NCBI GenBank assembly: GCA_964479175.1
Contig: CAYZLT010000004.1
Coordinates: 1 to 44,796, forward strand
Length of the DNA: 44,796 nucleotides
Source: an uncultured Solibacteraceae bacterium
GTDB taxonomy: Bacteria > Acidobacteriota > Vicinamibacteria > Vicinamibacterales > SCN-69-37
Direction: 5' to 3'
A model generated the notes under the pieces. That model ran no database searches. It was not told the origin of the DNA and saw only the letters and a list, made by a program, of their open reading frames with translations. A program made the translations under genes and the position numbers. Below are positions 1 through 9,129 of this stretch, piece after piece; positions within the stretch are counted from its first letter, which is position 1, and the number at the start of each line of letters is the position of its first letter.

Positions 1-685
1 GGCGGTCGCGGACATTTGCGAACGCGAGCGGATGTGGCTGCATGTGGACGCGGCGTATGCCGGCGTCATGGCGATGGTGCCCGAGTTCGCGTGGATGCGC
101 GCGGGATTTGATCGCGCCGACTCACTGGTGGTCAACCCGCACAAATGGCTCTTCACGCCGTTTGACCTCAGCGTGCTTTTTACTCGCAGAATGGACGTCA
201 TTCGGCAGGCATTTTCACTGACGCCGGAGTATCTCAAAACGGCCGAGGCCAACACCGTCAAGAACCTGATGGATACCGGCATCCAGCTTGGTCGCCGATT
301 CAGGTCGCTGAAGCTCTGGGCGGTGTTGCGGTACTTCGGTGCCGAAGGCATTCGCGATCGCCTGCGCGAACACGTGCGCCTCGCGCAGCTCTTCGCCTCC
401 TGGGTGGACGCCGATCCCGACTGGGAACGTGTCGCCCCCGTCCCCTTCAGTGTCGTCTGTTTCCGGCTACACCCGCGCGACCATCAGGGATCCGACGCCG
501 ATCTGGATGCACTGAACCAGCGCGTACTCGAGGCCGTGAACAGGTCCGGCGACGTGTTCCTGTCGCACACCGCACTTGATGGCCACATCGTGCTGCGTCT
601 TGCGGTGGGCAACATCCGCACGGAAGAGCGACACATCCGCCGCGCATGGGATTTGTTGACCGAAGCTGGACAGGCGCAGGCGTAG
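1..685 (+). CDS. PLP-dependent group II amino-acid decarboxylase (aromatic-L-amino-acid decarboxylase-like), C-terminal part; the 5' end lies outside the window
   Basis: The frame is open from the window edge. HVDAAYAG and SLVVNPHKW (PLP-lysine) motifs are present. Stop TAG at 683-685. Confidence 0.85.
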   Translation, partial: AVADICERERMWLHVDAAYAGVMAMVPEFAWMRAGFDRADSLVVNPHKWLFTPFDLSVLFTRRMDVIRQAFSLTPEYLKTAEANTVKNLMDTGIQLGRRFRSLKLWAVLRYFGAEGIRDRLREHVRLAQLFASWVDADPDWERVAPVPFSVVCFRLHPRDHQGSDADLDALNQRVLEAVNRSGDVFLSHTALDGHIVLRLAVGNIRTEERHIRRAWDLLTEAGQAQA

Positions 686-725
686 GGAGCTTTGGCCGCT
701 TCCAGGTCACGTCGCGTGCCTGCAC

Positions 726-770
726 GTGGAGAACGTGGAGAACGTGGAGAACGTGGAGAACGTGGAGAAC
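726..770. repeat. Perfect tandem repeat (GTGGAGAAC)x5, 9-bp unit, intergenic upstream of the YjbR-like gene
   Basis: Read directly: five identical 9-mers from 726 to 770. All three antisense frames give periodic peptides (VLH, SPR, FST repeats) in the ORF track. Confidence 0.95.
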
Positions 771-810
771 GCCGGACGGTGTCGATCGCTGTCCATGAGA
801 AGGAGACACG

Positions 811-1164
811 ATGACAGCCGACGACTTCCGCCGAATGGCACTCGCGATGAAGGGCGTCGTGGAAGGAGCACATCAGGGCCATCCCGACTTCCGCGCACAC
901 GGAAGGGTCGTCGCCTCGCTGCACCCCAGCGGCGAACGCGGCATGGTGAAGGTCACGCTCGACGAGCAGGCCTCCCTCGTCTCAGACCATCCGAAGGTCT
1001 ATGAGCCTGAGGCTGGCGCGTGGGGACTTCAAGGCTGCACCCGCGTGTGGCTCGCCGAGGTCGACGAAGAATCGCTCGGCTGGGCCCTCACCCGCGCGTG
1101 CGCGGCCACCAGACAGGCGAAGCCAGTGCCGAAACCGAAGCTGAATATTCAACGGCGAGACTGA
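811..1164 (+). CDS. MmcQ/YjbR-like small DNA-binding family protein (family assignment tentative)
   Basis: 117-aa ORF with AGGAG at 801-805, 5 nt before the ATG. The composition looks coding. The family call comes from remembered sequence resemblance only. Confidence 0.6.
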   Translation: MTADDFRRMALAMKGVVEGAHQGHPDFRAHGRVVASLHPSGERGMVKVTLDEQASLVSDHPKVYEPEAGAWGLQGCTRVWLAEVDEESLGWALTRACAATRQAKPVPKPKLNIQRRD

Positions 1165-1199
1165 ATCAGAGATTGCCGCGTTTCAACAAACTGACAAAA

Positions 1200-1253
1200 G
1201 ACGTCGGGTGCCTTTTTCTGCTCACGCTTGAAACACAAAAGGCACCCGACGTC
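1200..1253. terminator. Bidirectional stem-loop between convergent genes (17-bp perfect stem, 20-nt loop, T/A runs on both sides)
   Basis: GACGTCGGGTGCCTTTT (1200-1216) is the exact reverse complement of AAAAGGCACCCGACGTC (1237-1253). The right arm touches the sixA-like stop codon. Confidence 0.75.
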
Positions 1254-1689
1254 ATTTCTCGCGCCACAACTCGCACCACGTCACGCCCTCGTCGTCTGTC
1301 GTCAACGCGACGGCCCCATGGTGCGGCATCGGTGCGCTCGCCGGCGCGAGCAGGCGCAGCAACGCGGGCAAGTGCGGCCAGTGGCCCACGATCGCCAGAT
1401 CCTGTGACTCACGCTGAATGGCCGTGACCGCAGCGGCCGGCGCATCATCCGGTGACACGCCCTTGACCATCGTGAACGTCGCAAACGGCGCACACACCTG
1501 CAGGAACGCGTGGCCCGTCTGTCGTCCGCGCAACTTTCCGCTGTGCCAAATCTTCGCCGGCACAAAGCCACGTAGCTTCACGAGTTCCGCGAGCCGCAAG
1601 GCATGTTGGTGTCCAGCCTCTGTGAGCGGACGCTGAGGGTCTTCGTAGGGAGAGACCGCCTCAGCGTGATGGACGAGAAGAACCCTCAT
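1252..1689 (-). CDS. sixA: Phosphohistidine phosphatase SixA-like (histidine phosphatase superfamily)
   Basis: Aligns by eye to SixA: LVHHAEA (RHG-position variant HHA), RPLTEAG, KLRGRQT, IVGHWPHL. Overlaps the gpx start by 4 nt. Confidence 0.65.
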   Translation of the reverse strand: MRVLLVHHAEAVSPYEDPQRPLTEAGHQHALRLAELVKLRGFVPAKIWHSGKLRGRQTGHAFLQVCAPFATFTMVKGVSPDDAPAAAVTAIQRESQDLAIVGHWPHLPALLRLLAPASAPMPHHGAVALTTDDEGVTWCELWREK

Positions 1690-2168
1690 CCGAGTTGTGC
1701 GACGATGTCCTTCCGGATTTCGGAAGGCGAATCAATCGAGCCGTAGCGTTTGACGACGTGCCCTTCGGCGTCAACGAGGAACTTGGTGAAGTTCCACTTG
1801 ATGGCCTCAATGCCGAGAATGCCGGGCTTCTCCGACGCGAGCCACTTGAAGAGCGGATGGCCATTGGCCCCCTTGATCGTGATCTTCCCGAACATGGGAA
1901 ACGTGATGCCGAACGTGGTCTCGCAGAAGACGCGGATGTCGTCGTTGATCGCGGGCTCCTGACCACCAAAATCGTCACACGGAAACCCAAGCACGACCAA
2001 CCCCTTGTCCTTGAACTCCGTGTACAACGATTCAAGACCTTTGTACTGCGGCGTGTATCCACATTCACTGGCCGTATTCACGATGAGGAGCGTTTTGCCC
2101 CGATAGTCACCCAACTTCTGGGGCGTACCGTCGATGCGAGTGACGTCGATGTCGTACAGCTCAGCCAC
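1686..2168 (-). CDS. Glutathione peroxidase (Cys type, BtuE-like)
   Basis: NTASECGYT, LGFPCDDFGGQEP and KWNFTKFLV motifs; 160 aa. Confidence 0.9.
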   Translation of the reverse strand: MAELYDIDVTRIDGTPQKLGDYRGKTLLIVNTASECGYTPQYKGLESLYTEFKDKGLVVLGFPCDDFGGQEPAINDDIRVFCETTFGITFPMFGKITIKGANGHPLFKWLASEKPGILGIEAIKWNFTKFLVDAEGHVVKRYGSIDSPSEIRKDIVAQLG

Positions 2169-3467
2169 TTATTTGACCCCGTTCTTGTGCAGCCGCGCCA
2201 ACAACACCGCCACGCGCTTGGTCTGCGACGGCAACGTGCGCATGTCGGCGGTTTCGTGCACGGTGTGCCCACCACCACCCATCAAACCGACGCCATCAAG
2301 AATCATCGGGACGTAACTGGACACAAACGAGACGTCCGCCGCGCCGGCTTTGTCGGGGTCAACCGCAATGACCTTTCCGGCACCCACGTCCATGCTCGCC
2401 TGGTGGTACAGCCCGAGCAGGCGTTCGTTGCCCGGTGACGGCGCGAGCGGCGGATAGCCGTCATCAAACGTGATCGACGCGCTGGTCTGCGGCAGATTGG
2501 CGGCGACGATGGCTTCCATCGCCTTCTTGGCGTCGGCGAACTGCTCGGGCGACAGCGCGCGCAGGTCGCCGGACACGACCATCTCTTCTGCGATGACGTT
2601 GGTCTTGCCAAACGCCGTCCCGCGCGACGCCGCGTTGTCAAAATCAACCGTTGTGCCGCCAAGGAGCACACCGGGATTAAATGTGAGATGCCGCTGCCCG
2701 GCCAGTTTTTCGCGGAAGTCGTTCAGGATTCGCGCGGCCTCAAACGCCGCGCCGTAGCCATTCTCGGCGTTGAAGATCTGCGACGAGTGCGCAGGTCGCC
2801 CCTTCACCGTGAGCGTCCAGTTGGTCGTGCCCCGGCGAGCAATCACTGCAGTCGCCGGATTGCCATCGCCATCCTCAAATCCGATCGCGATGTCCGCACC
2901 CTTCGCGGCATTCACCAGCGCCTCACGCGACATCGTCAGCGGCCGTCCAGCCGCTTCTTCGTCGCCGGTCATGACGACGATGATGTTCATGGACTTGAGG
3001 AGGCCCGCACTCTGCAGGGCCTTGAGGGCCTGGACGATGATGACGTTGCCGCCCTTCATGTCTGTCACGCCCGGACCTTTGGCGGCGGAGTCGCTGACGC
3101 GTGCGTACTTCTGAAACGGGCTGTCCGGTTCAAAGACCGTGTCGAGATGTCCGATCAGCAGGATGCGCGGTCCCTGCCCGGCATGTTCCGCCACGAGGTG
3201 ACCGGCGCGCTGAAAGGGTGCGCCATCAACCCAGGTGGTCTTGAAGCCGAGCGCATCAAACTCGGCGCGAAACAGAGAGCCGACTTCCTGCACGCCCTTG
3301 AAGTTCTGCGTGCCGCTGTTGATGTTGACGGACTTCTCAAGCAGCGCAATTGCGGACGCGTTGTTGGCGTCGACGAACGTCACCATCGCCCGTTCTTCCG
3401 GGGAGAGCGCCCCGGACTGAGACAACACCGACACGACCACCACCGGAATCAGGAGATTGAACAGCAT
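2169..3467 (-). CDS. Secreted M20 family metallopeptidase (carboxypeptidase G2-like)
   Basis: N-terminal signal-like segment; LIGHLDTVF and VMTGDEEAAG metal-ligand motifs; 432 aa. Abuts the gpx stop. Confidence 0.85.
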   Translation of the reverse strand: MLFNLLIPVVVVSVLSQSGALSPEERAMVTFVDANNASAIALLEKSVNINSGTQNFKGVQEVGSLFRAEFDALGFKTTWVDGAPFQRAGHLVAEHAGQGPRILLIGHLDTVFEPDSPFQKYARVSDSAAKGPGVTDMKGGNVIIVQALKALQSAGLLKSMNIIVVMTGDEEAAGRPLTMSREALVNAAKGADIAIGFEDGDGNPATAVIARRGTTNWTLTVKGRPAHSSQIFNAENGYGAAFEAARILNDFREKLAGQRHLTFNPGVLLGGTTVDFDNAASRGTAFGKTNVIAEEMVVSGDLRALSPEQFADAKKAMEAIVAANLPQTSASITFDDGYPPLAPSPGNERLLGLYHQASMDVGAGKVIAVDPDKAGAADVSFVSSYVPMILDGVGLMGGGGHTVHETADMRTLPSQTKRVAVLLARLHKNGVK

Positions 3468-3495
3468 GGACAGATCTTATCGCGGCACGGGACCG

Positions 3496-5001
3496 TCACC
3501 ACCGGTACGTAGTTGCTGCCGCCTGCGTCGCCACCGCCAGGCGCAGCTCTTCGGCCACGGCACGCGACAGGTACGGGACGTCGATCGCATGTGCCCCAGC
3601 ACCGGCCGTATCCACTGCGACGGAGGCCATCTGCCATCGGCGGTCAAACGGCGACTCCTGGAAGGAGACCGCTTGAACCTTGGTGACGGGCACGATCGTG
3701 ACCGACTTCCACAACCACCCGCTCCGAAAGTAGATCGCGTGTTCTGTTCGCGCCCATCCAAGGTTGCGGACGTACTGTCGAGCCCCCACCACACCCCACG
3801 ACCCCACCACTGCGGTCACAGCGGTGGCCCAGTGCCACTCAAGCCAGTAGGCTGAGATGGCGCCGACCACCAGTGCAAAATACACGGCGAGGCGCATGCG
3901 ACGCTGTCCGGCTCGGTCATCGGCGGGCTGCCAGTCAACGCGATCAAGGTTCACGTCAGGCAGGAGCCCGGTCACAAACGCGCTCACCTTGTCGACGTGA
4001 ATGATCGGCGCCACCCACTCGGACGAGTTGGTGCCCTGCGCACCGCCGCCGGCGGTCTCGAGCCGAATCGCGGCACGGCCCGTGAGCAGATGCCCCGGAC
4101 TGCGTACCACCTTGACGGCCTGGACGCGTCGAAGTGGAACGGTGCCGGTCACCCGGGTCAGCGCCCCGTATTCGGTGAGCAACTCACCACCGCGACGCGT
4201 CAGCGTGAACCCGTGCAGACGCACGGCGGCCCACACTACCGACAAAATCGGCGAGACGATAAACAATCCCGCCGCGATCGCCGCCACAATGGTCCACGAC
4301 GTCTGCGGAAGCGATTCGAGCGACTCAAATCGATCCACGAACCCGGACTCCCAGAACAAACCGGATGCGGCGCCGATCACCACCCACCCGCGATTGTCGA
4401 GCAGACCCGACAACGCCGTCTCGCGAGTGGGCAGGTGCAGGATGGTCTCGCCGATGGGAACCGCGACAGGCGCAATAGCCGCCTCGGACGGACCACCCTC
4501 CACCGCGACCTCAGCTGCAGCCACGGCAACTCCCGCCGCACGTTTGCCCTCAAAGACACGGGACCGCATCTCCTCCAGCGCTTCAAACGGCAGCACGCTG
4601 AGTGTCGCCTCCGCCTCGCCACCGGTCCCGGTCTGCACCTTGACGTCGACCACCTTGAAGAGGCGGTGAAACACATTCTGCTTCGCGTCCACACTCTGGA
4701 TGCGCGCGTACGGAATATGTCGCTCGTTCTTGAAGAAGATGCCGGTACGAACGACCAGCTCGGTCTCGGCGTACCGGTAGGTCGAGAACCAGTAGCGTGA
4801 GGCCGCGATCAGCACGCTCGGAATCATGAAGATCAGAAACCAGTTCTGCATGTCGCCGCCGCGTGAGCGCGCGGTGAAACTTGCAAACAGGATCGGTGCG
4901 ATGAAAGTCCGAAGCTCGCCCCCCAGCGCGAAGAGCACTGTGAGCGGATGGAACCGGCGCTCAGACGGCATCACGTCCATCACGCGGCAGCAATTGGTCA
5001 C
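3496..5001 (-). CDS. YdbT-like membrane protein with repeated bacterial PH (bPH_2/DUF304) domains
   Basis: 501-aa ORF with hydrophobic hairpins alternating with PH-like modules, directly downstream of a YdbS-like gene. The start is ambiguous (GTG 5001, ATG 4980 or ATG 4971). Confidence 0.7.
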   Translation of the reverse strand: MTNCCRVMDVMPSERRFHPLTVLFALGGELRTFIAPILFASFTARSRGGDMQNWFLIFMIPSVLIAASRYWFSTYRYAETELVVRTGIFFKNERHIPYARIQSVDAKQNVFHRLFKVVDVKVQTGTGGEAEATLSVLPFEALEEMRSRVFEGKRAAGVAVAAAEVAVEGGPSEAAIAPVAVPIGETILHLPTRETALSGLLDNRGWVVIGAASGLFWESGFVDRFESLESLPQTSWTIVAAIAAGLFIVSPILSVVWAAVRLHGFTLTRRGGELLTEYGALTRVTGTVPLRRVQAVKVVRSPGHLLTGRAAIRLETAGGGAQGTNSSEWVAPIIHVDKVSAFVTGLLPDVNLDRVDWQPADDRAGQRRMRLAVYFALVVGAISAYWLEWHWATAVTAVVGSWGVVGARQYVRNLGWARTEHAIYFRSGWLWKSVTIVPVTKVQAVSFQESPFDRRWQMASVAVDTAGAGAHAIDVPYLSRAVAEELRLAVATQAAATTYRW

Positions 5002-5440
5002 GCAGACTCAGCGCGTCCTCACGACTCAGTCCGGCAAGCCCGACACGGGCATGTTCGGTGCCCGCCGTGTGCACGATGAGCGTGCTCAGGCCGTGGCTGC
5101 GCTCAAGCGGTCCCTGCGACACGTCCGTATGCTGGACTCGCGACCGCGGCACATTGATGATGCTCCGCCACACCACACCCTGCCGGATCTCCAACCCCTC
5201 ATCGTCCAACCGATACGAGGCGTGACGGTAAAAGATGCCGGGCCAGCGCCACATCCAGATGGCCAGAACCGCGGTACCGACGAGCCAGACGCCGGCGACG
5301 ATGAACAGGACTCGCCAACCGGGGCGCGTGGACCAGCCCAGAATGGCCAGAACAACAAACGCGCCGACCGACATGCTCGCAGCAAAAATCAGCCCGGTGA
5401 TTCGGCGTACATCGATGATGCGGGGGTCCAGCGGGGTCAC
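4961..5440 (-). CDS. YdbS-like PH-domain membrane protein
   Basis: The C-terminal part (RLDDEGLEIRQGVVWRSIINVPRSRVQHTDVSQGPLER..TLIVHTAG) is bPH_2-like. The ORF can extend to 5590, but GTG at 5440 preceded by GGGGGA gives the usual ~159 aa. That start also avoids overlap with the divergent nifJ start. Confidence 0.65.
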   Translation of the reverse strand: MTPLDPRIIDVRRITGLIFAASMSVGAFVVLAILGWSTRPGWRVLFIVAGVWLVGTAVLAIWMWRWPGIFYRHASYRLDDEGLEIRQGVVWRSIINVPRSRVQHTDVSQGPLERSHGLSTLIVHTAGTEHARVGLAGLSREDALSLRDQLLPRDGRDAV

Positions 5441-5571
5441 GGTTCCCCCATTCTCCCACGGGCCGTCTCCCCTCCCGTCACGCTGAATAGTGCGGACGTT
5501 TTGGGGTATTTCCCGCTGTCCTGGCCAATCCCGCCCTTTCCTGAGCCTCCGGACGTGGGTTGGAGCCGGGC

Positions 5572-8500
5572 ATGGATTTCGCACGATCAAGATCTATGTC
5601 CCGTTCCTGGATCACTGTTGACGGCAACGAGGCCGTCGCCCTCGTCGCCCACCGCACCAACGAAGTCATCGCCATCTACCCCATCACCCCGTCGTCGGGC
5701 ATGGGCGAACTGTCGGATGAGTGGTCGTCGAAGGGCAAAACGAACATCTGGGGTCAGGTGCCCACCGTCGTCGAGATGCAGTCGGAAGGCGGGGCGGCTG
5801 GCGCGGTGCATGGAGCGCTGCAGGCCGGGGCCCTGGCGACCACGTTCACGGCCAGTCAGGGTCTGCTCCTGATGATCCCGAATCTCTACAAAATCGTCGG
5901 GGAGCTCACGCCGTTCACGATCCACGTCACGGCGCGCACCATCGCCACACATGCGCTCTCAATTTTTGGGGATCACTCCGACGTCATGGCGTGCCGCCCG
6001 ACGGGCATCGCGATGTTGTCGTCCCACACGGTCCAGGAGGCCCACGACTTCGCCTGTATCGCACAAGCGGCCACGTTGGCGTCCCGCATCCCCGTCATGC
6101 ACTTCTTCGACGGCTTCCGCACCTCACACGAGGTCTCCCGCATCGAAGCGTTGACCGACGAGGACCTGCGTGCGATGCTGCCGGACTCACACATTACGGC
6201 GCTGCGCCAGCGCGCGCTGTCGCCTGACCATCCGGACCTGCGAGGCACTGCGCAGAACCCGGATGTGTTTTTCCAGGCGCGCGAAGCCGCCAACCTGATC
6301 CATACGGCCTTCCCCGGTCACATGCAGGACGCGATGGACCGCTTTGCCGCGTTGACTGGACGGCAGTACCACCTCTTTGACTACGTGGGCCATCCCGAGG
6401 CCGAACGGGTGGTGATCATCATGGGCTCGGGCGCCGAAACAGTCGAGACCGTGGTCGAGGATCTCGTCTCGCGCGGTGAACGTGTGGGCGTGCTGAAGGT
6501 AAGGCTGTTCAGGCCGTTCTCGGTTGAGGCGTTCATGGCCGCCCTGCCGGCGACCGTCCAGGCGATCGCGGTCATGGATCGCACCAAGGAGCCGGGCGCC
6601 ATCGGCGATCCACTCTTTCTGGACGTCGTGGCCGCGCTCAATGAGGATGGCCACCTCCATCCGAAGGTGCTCGGCGGCCGGTATGGCCTCGCCTCGAAGG
6701 AATTTACGCCCGCAATGGTCAAGGCGGTGTTTGATGAACTCGCGGCTTCGAAGCCCAAGCACCACTTCACCGTCGGAATCATCGACGATGTGACCGGGCT
6801 GTCGCTGACGGTGGACGAGAACTATTCACTCGAACAACCCGACGCCGTGCGTGCGGTGTTTTTTGGTCTGGGTGCCGATGGCACGGTGGGCGCCAACAAG
6901 AACTCCATCAAGATCATCGGCGAGGATACACCCAACTTTGCGCAAGGGTACTTCGTGTACGACTCGAAAAAGTCCGGCGCCGTGACCATTTCGCATCTGC
7001 GGTTCGGTCCGCGTCCCATTCGGGCGCCGTATCTGATTCGCCGGGCGAACTTCGTGGCCTGTCACCAGTTCGACTTCCTCGACAAATACAACGTCACGGG
7101 CTACCTCGAGCCCGGCGCGGTCTTCCTGCTCAACGCGCCTGGAGATGCGTCCCTGGTGTGGGACCAACTCTCCGCCGACGTCCAGCAGGCCATCATCACC
7201 ACCCAGGCCAAGGTCTACGTGATCGATGCGTACGACGTGGCGCGTGACACCGGCATGGGCAATCGCATCAACACGATCATGCAGGTGTGCTTCTTCGCTA
7301 TTTCCGGCGTGTTGCCCCGCGACGAGGCCATCACCCACATCAAGGAAGCGATTCGGAAGACCTACAGTAAACGTGGCGAAGCTGTGGTTCAGGCCAACTT
7401 CGCGGCAGTGGACGCCACCCTTGCGCACCTGCATCGCCTTGAAGTGCCCACCGCGGTCACGGCGACGCGGCAACCGACGCCTGTCGTCTCGCCTGACGCC
7501 CCGGACTTCATTCAGCGGGTGACCGCCCGAATGCTCGCCAACGAAGGCGACCTGCTGCCGGTCAGCGCCTTTCCCGTGGACGGCACGTGGCCCTCTGGCA
7601 CCGCGAAGTGGGAGAAGCGATCCATCGCGTCAGAGATCCCGGTGTGGGACGCCGGACTCTGCATCCAGTGCAACAAGTGCGCGCTGGTCTGTCCGCACGC
7701 GGCGATTCGAGCCAAGGTGGCCACGCCTGCGGCCCTCGAAGGCCACCCGGACACGTTCAAGTCGATTCCGTACAAGGGCGCCGAGTACTCCGGGATGGAA
7801 TACATCATTCAGGTCGCACCCGAAGACTGCACCGGGTGTTCGCTGTGTGTGATGGTCTGCCCGGCGAAGGACAAGGCCAATCCGAAGCACAAGGCGCTCG
7901 AGCTCATGCCGCAGCGGCCCCTCCGGGATGCGGAACGCGAGAACTACGCGTTTTTCCTGGACCTGCCTGAGGTCGACCGCACCACCGTCAAGACCGACAT
8001 CAAGAGCACGCAGTTCCTTGAGCCCCTGTTCGAATACTCGGGAGCGTGTGCGGGCTGCGGCGAAACGCCGTATATCAAACTGCTCACGCAGCTCTATGGC
8101 GACCATCTGCTGATCGCCAACGCCACCGGCTGTTCATCCATCTACGGCGGCAATCTGCCGACCACACCGTACACCGTGAACCGGGATGGACGAGGGCCCG
8201 GGTGGGCGAACTCATTGTTCGAGGACAATGCCGAGTTCGGGCTGGGTATGCGCCTGGCGGCGGACACGCAGGCCGACGAAGCACAGCGCCTGCTCCGTGT
8301 CCTTCGTGATACCGGGTGGGTCGATGCCGAGCTCGCCACCACGCTGCTTGACGCGGATCAGAGCACCGAGGCGGGACTGGCGGCGCAGCGGGCGCGTGTG
8401 GTGACGCTGAAGGCGTTGCTCCGCGGCATGGGCAAACCCGAGGCTGAACGGTTGCTGGTGCTGGCCGACGCGCTCACAAAAAAGAGCGTGTGGATTGTCG

Positions 8501-9129
8501 GTGGTGATGGCTGGGCGTATGACATCGGCTACGGCGGACTCGACCACGTGCTCGCGTCGGGTCGCAACGTCAACATCCTCGTGCTCGACACCGAGGTGTA
8601 TTCCAACACCGGTGGGCAGCAGTCCAAGGCCACACCGATGGGAGCGTCGGCGAAGTTCGCGGCGTCGGGCAAGGCGACCCACAAGAAGGACCTCGCGCTG
8701 ATGGCGATGGCCTATGGATCGGTGTACGTGGCCCGGGTGGCGTTCGGAGCGAAAGACGCGCAGACGGTCAAAGCCTTCCATGAGGCCGAAGCGCACACGG
8801 GGCCGTCACTCATCATCGCGTTCAGTCACTGCATTGCGCACGGCTACGACCTCGCGCATGGCCTCGACCAGCAGAAACTCGCGGTCGAGACCGGCTACTG
8901 GCCGTTGTTCCGATTCGATCCGAACCGGGTGGAGAAAGGCGAAAGTGCCCTGGTGCTGGATTCCGGATCGCCGAAGGGTGGGCTGGGAACGTACATGCGG
9001 AACGAATCGCGGTTCCGCATGGTCGAGCAGATGTACCCCGAACGCTATAAGGAACTGCTGGCTGCGGCACAGGAGCACGCGCAGAATCGGTTCGCACTCT
9101 ACGAACAGATGGCAAGGACACGACCATGA
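5572..9129 (+). CDS. nifJ: Pyruvate:ferredoxin (flavodoxin) oxidoreductase, single-polypeptide NifJ type
   Basis: ITVDGNEAVA..IAIYPITPSS N-terminus; two 4Fe-4S motifs (CIQCNKCALVCP, CTGCSLCVMVCP); TPP motif GGDGWAYDIGYGGLDH. ATG 5572 has GGAG 6 nt upstream; alternative starts are TTG 5560 and ATG 5596. Confidence 0.93.
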   Translation: MDFARSRSMSRSWITVDGNEAVALVAHRTNEVIAIYPITPSSGMGELSDEWSSKGKTNIWGQVPTVVEMQSEGGAAGAVHGALQAGALATTFTASQGLLLMIPNLYKIVGELTPFTIHVTARTIATHALSIFGDHSDVMACRPTGIAMLSSHTVQEAHDFACIAQAATLASRIPVMHFFDGFRTSHEVSRIEALTDEDLRAMLPDSHITALRQRALSPDHPDLRGTAQNPDVFFQAREAANLIHTAFPGHMQDAMDRFAALTGRQYHLFDYVGHPEAERVVIIMGSGAETVETVVEDLVSRGERVGVLKVRLFRPFSVEAFMAALPATVQAIAVMDRTKEPGAIGDPLFLDVVAALNEDGHLHPKVLGGRYGLASKEFTPAMVKAVFDELAASKPKHHFTVGIIDDVTGLSLTVDENYSLEQPDAVRAVFFGLGADGTVGANKNSIKIIGEDTPNFAQGYFVYDSKKSGAVTISHLRFGPRPIRAPYLIRRANFVACHQFDFLDKYNVTGYLEPGAVFLLNAPGDASLVWDQLSADVQQAIITTQAKVYVIDAYDVARDTGMGNRINTIMQVCFFAISGVLPRDEAITHIKEAIRKTYSKRGEAVVQANFAAVDATLAHLHRLEVPTAVTATRQPTPVVSPDAPDFIQRVTARMLANEGDLLPVSAFPVDGTWPSGTAKWEKRSIASEIPVWDAGLCIQCNKCALVCPHAAIRAKVATPAALEGHPDTFKSIPYKGAEYSGMEYIIQVAPEDCTGCSLCVMVCPAKDKANPKHKALELMPQRPLRDAERENYAFFLDLPEVDRTTVKTDIKSTQFLEPLFEYSGACAGCGETPYIKLLTQLYGDHLLIANATGCSSIYGGNLPTTPYTVNRDGRGPGWANSLFEDNAEFGLGMRLAADTQADEAQRLLRVLRDTGWVDAELATTLLDADQSTEAGLAAQRARVVTLKALLRGMGKPEAERLLVLADALTKKSVWIVGGDGWAYDIGYGGLDHVLASGRNVNILVLDTEVYSNTGGQQSKATPMGASAKFAASGKATHKKDLALMAMAYGSVYVARVAFGAKDAQTVKAFHEAEAHTGPSLIIAFSHCIAHGYDLAHGLDQQKLAVETGYWPLFRFDPNRVEKGESALVLDSGSPKGGLGTYMRNESRFRMVEQMYPERYKELLAAAQEHAQNRFALYEQMARTRP

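Noticed and set aside
726-770. Tandem repeats (also at 36372-36406) as a possible CRISPR array
   Set aside because: The units are 9 and 7 bp with no spacers, and no cas genes are present. They are simple tandem repeats.
5560-5590. Overlapping divergent starts of the YdbS-like ORF (5590) and the nifJ ORF (5560)
   Set aside because: Face-to-face overlapping starts are implausible. Internal starts (GTG 5440; ATG 5572 with GGAG) give family-typical lengths and leave a 131-nt promoter region.
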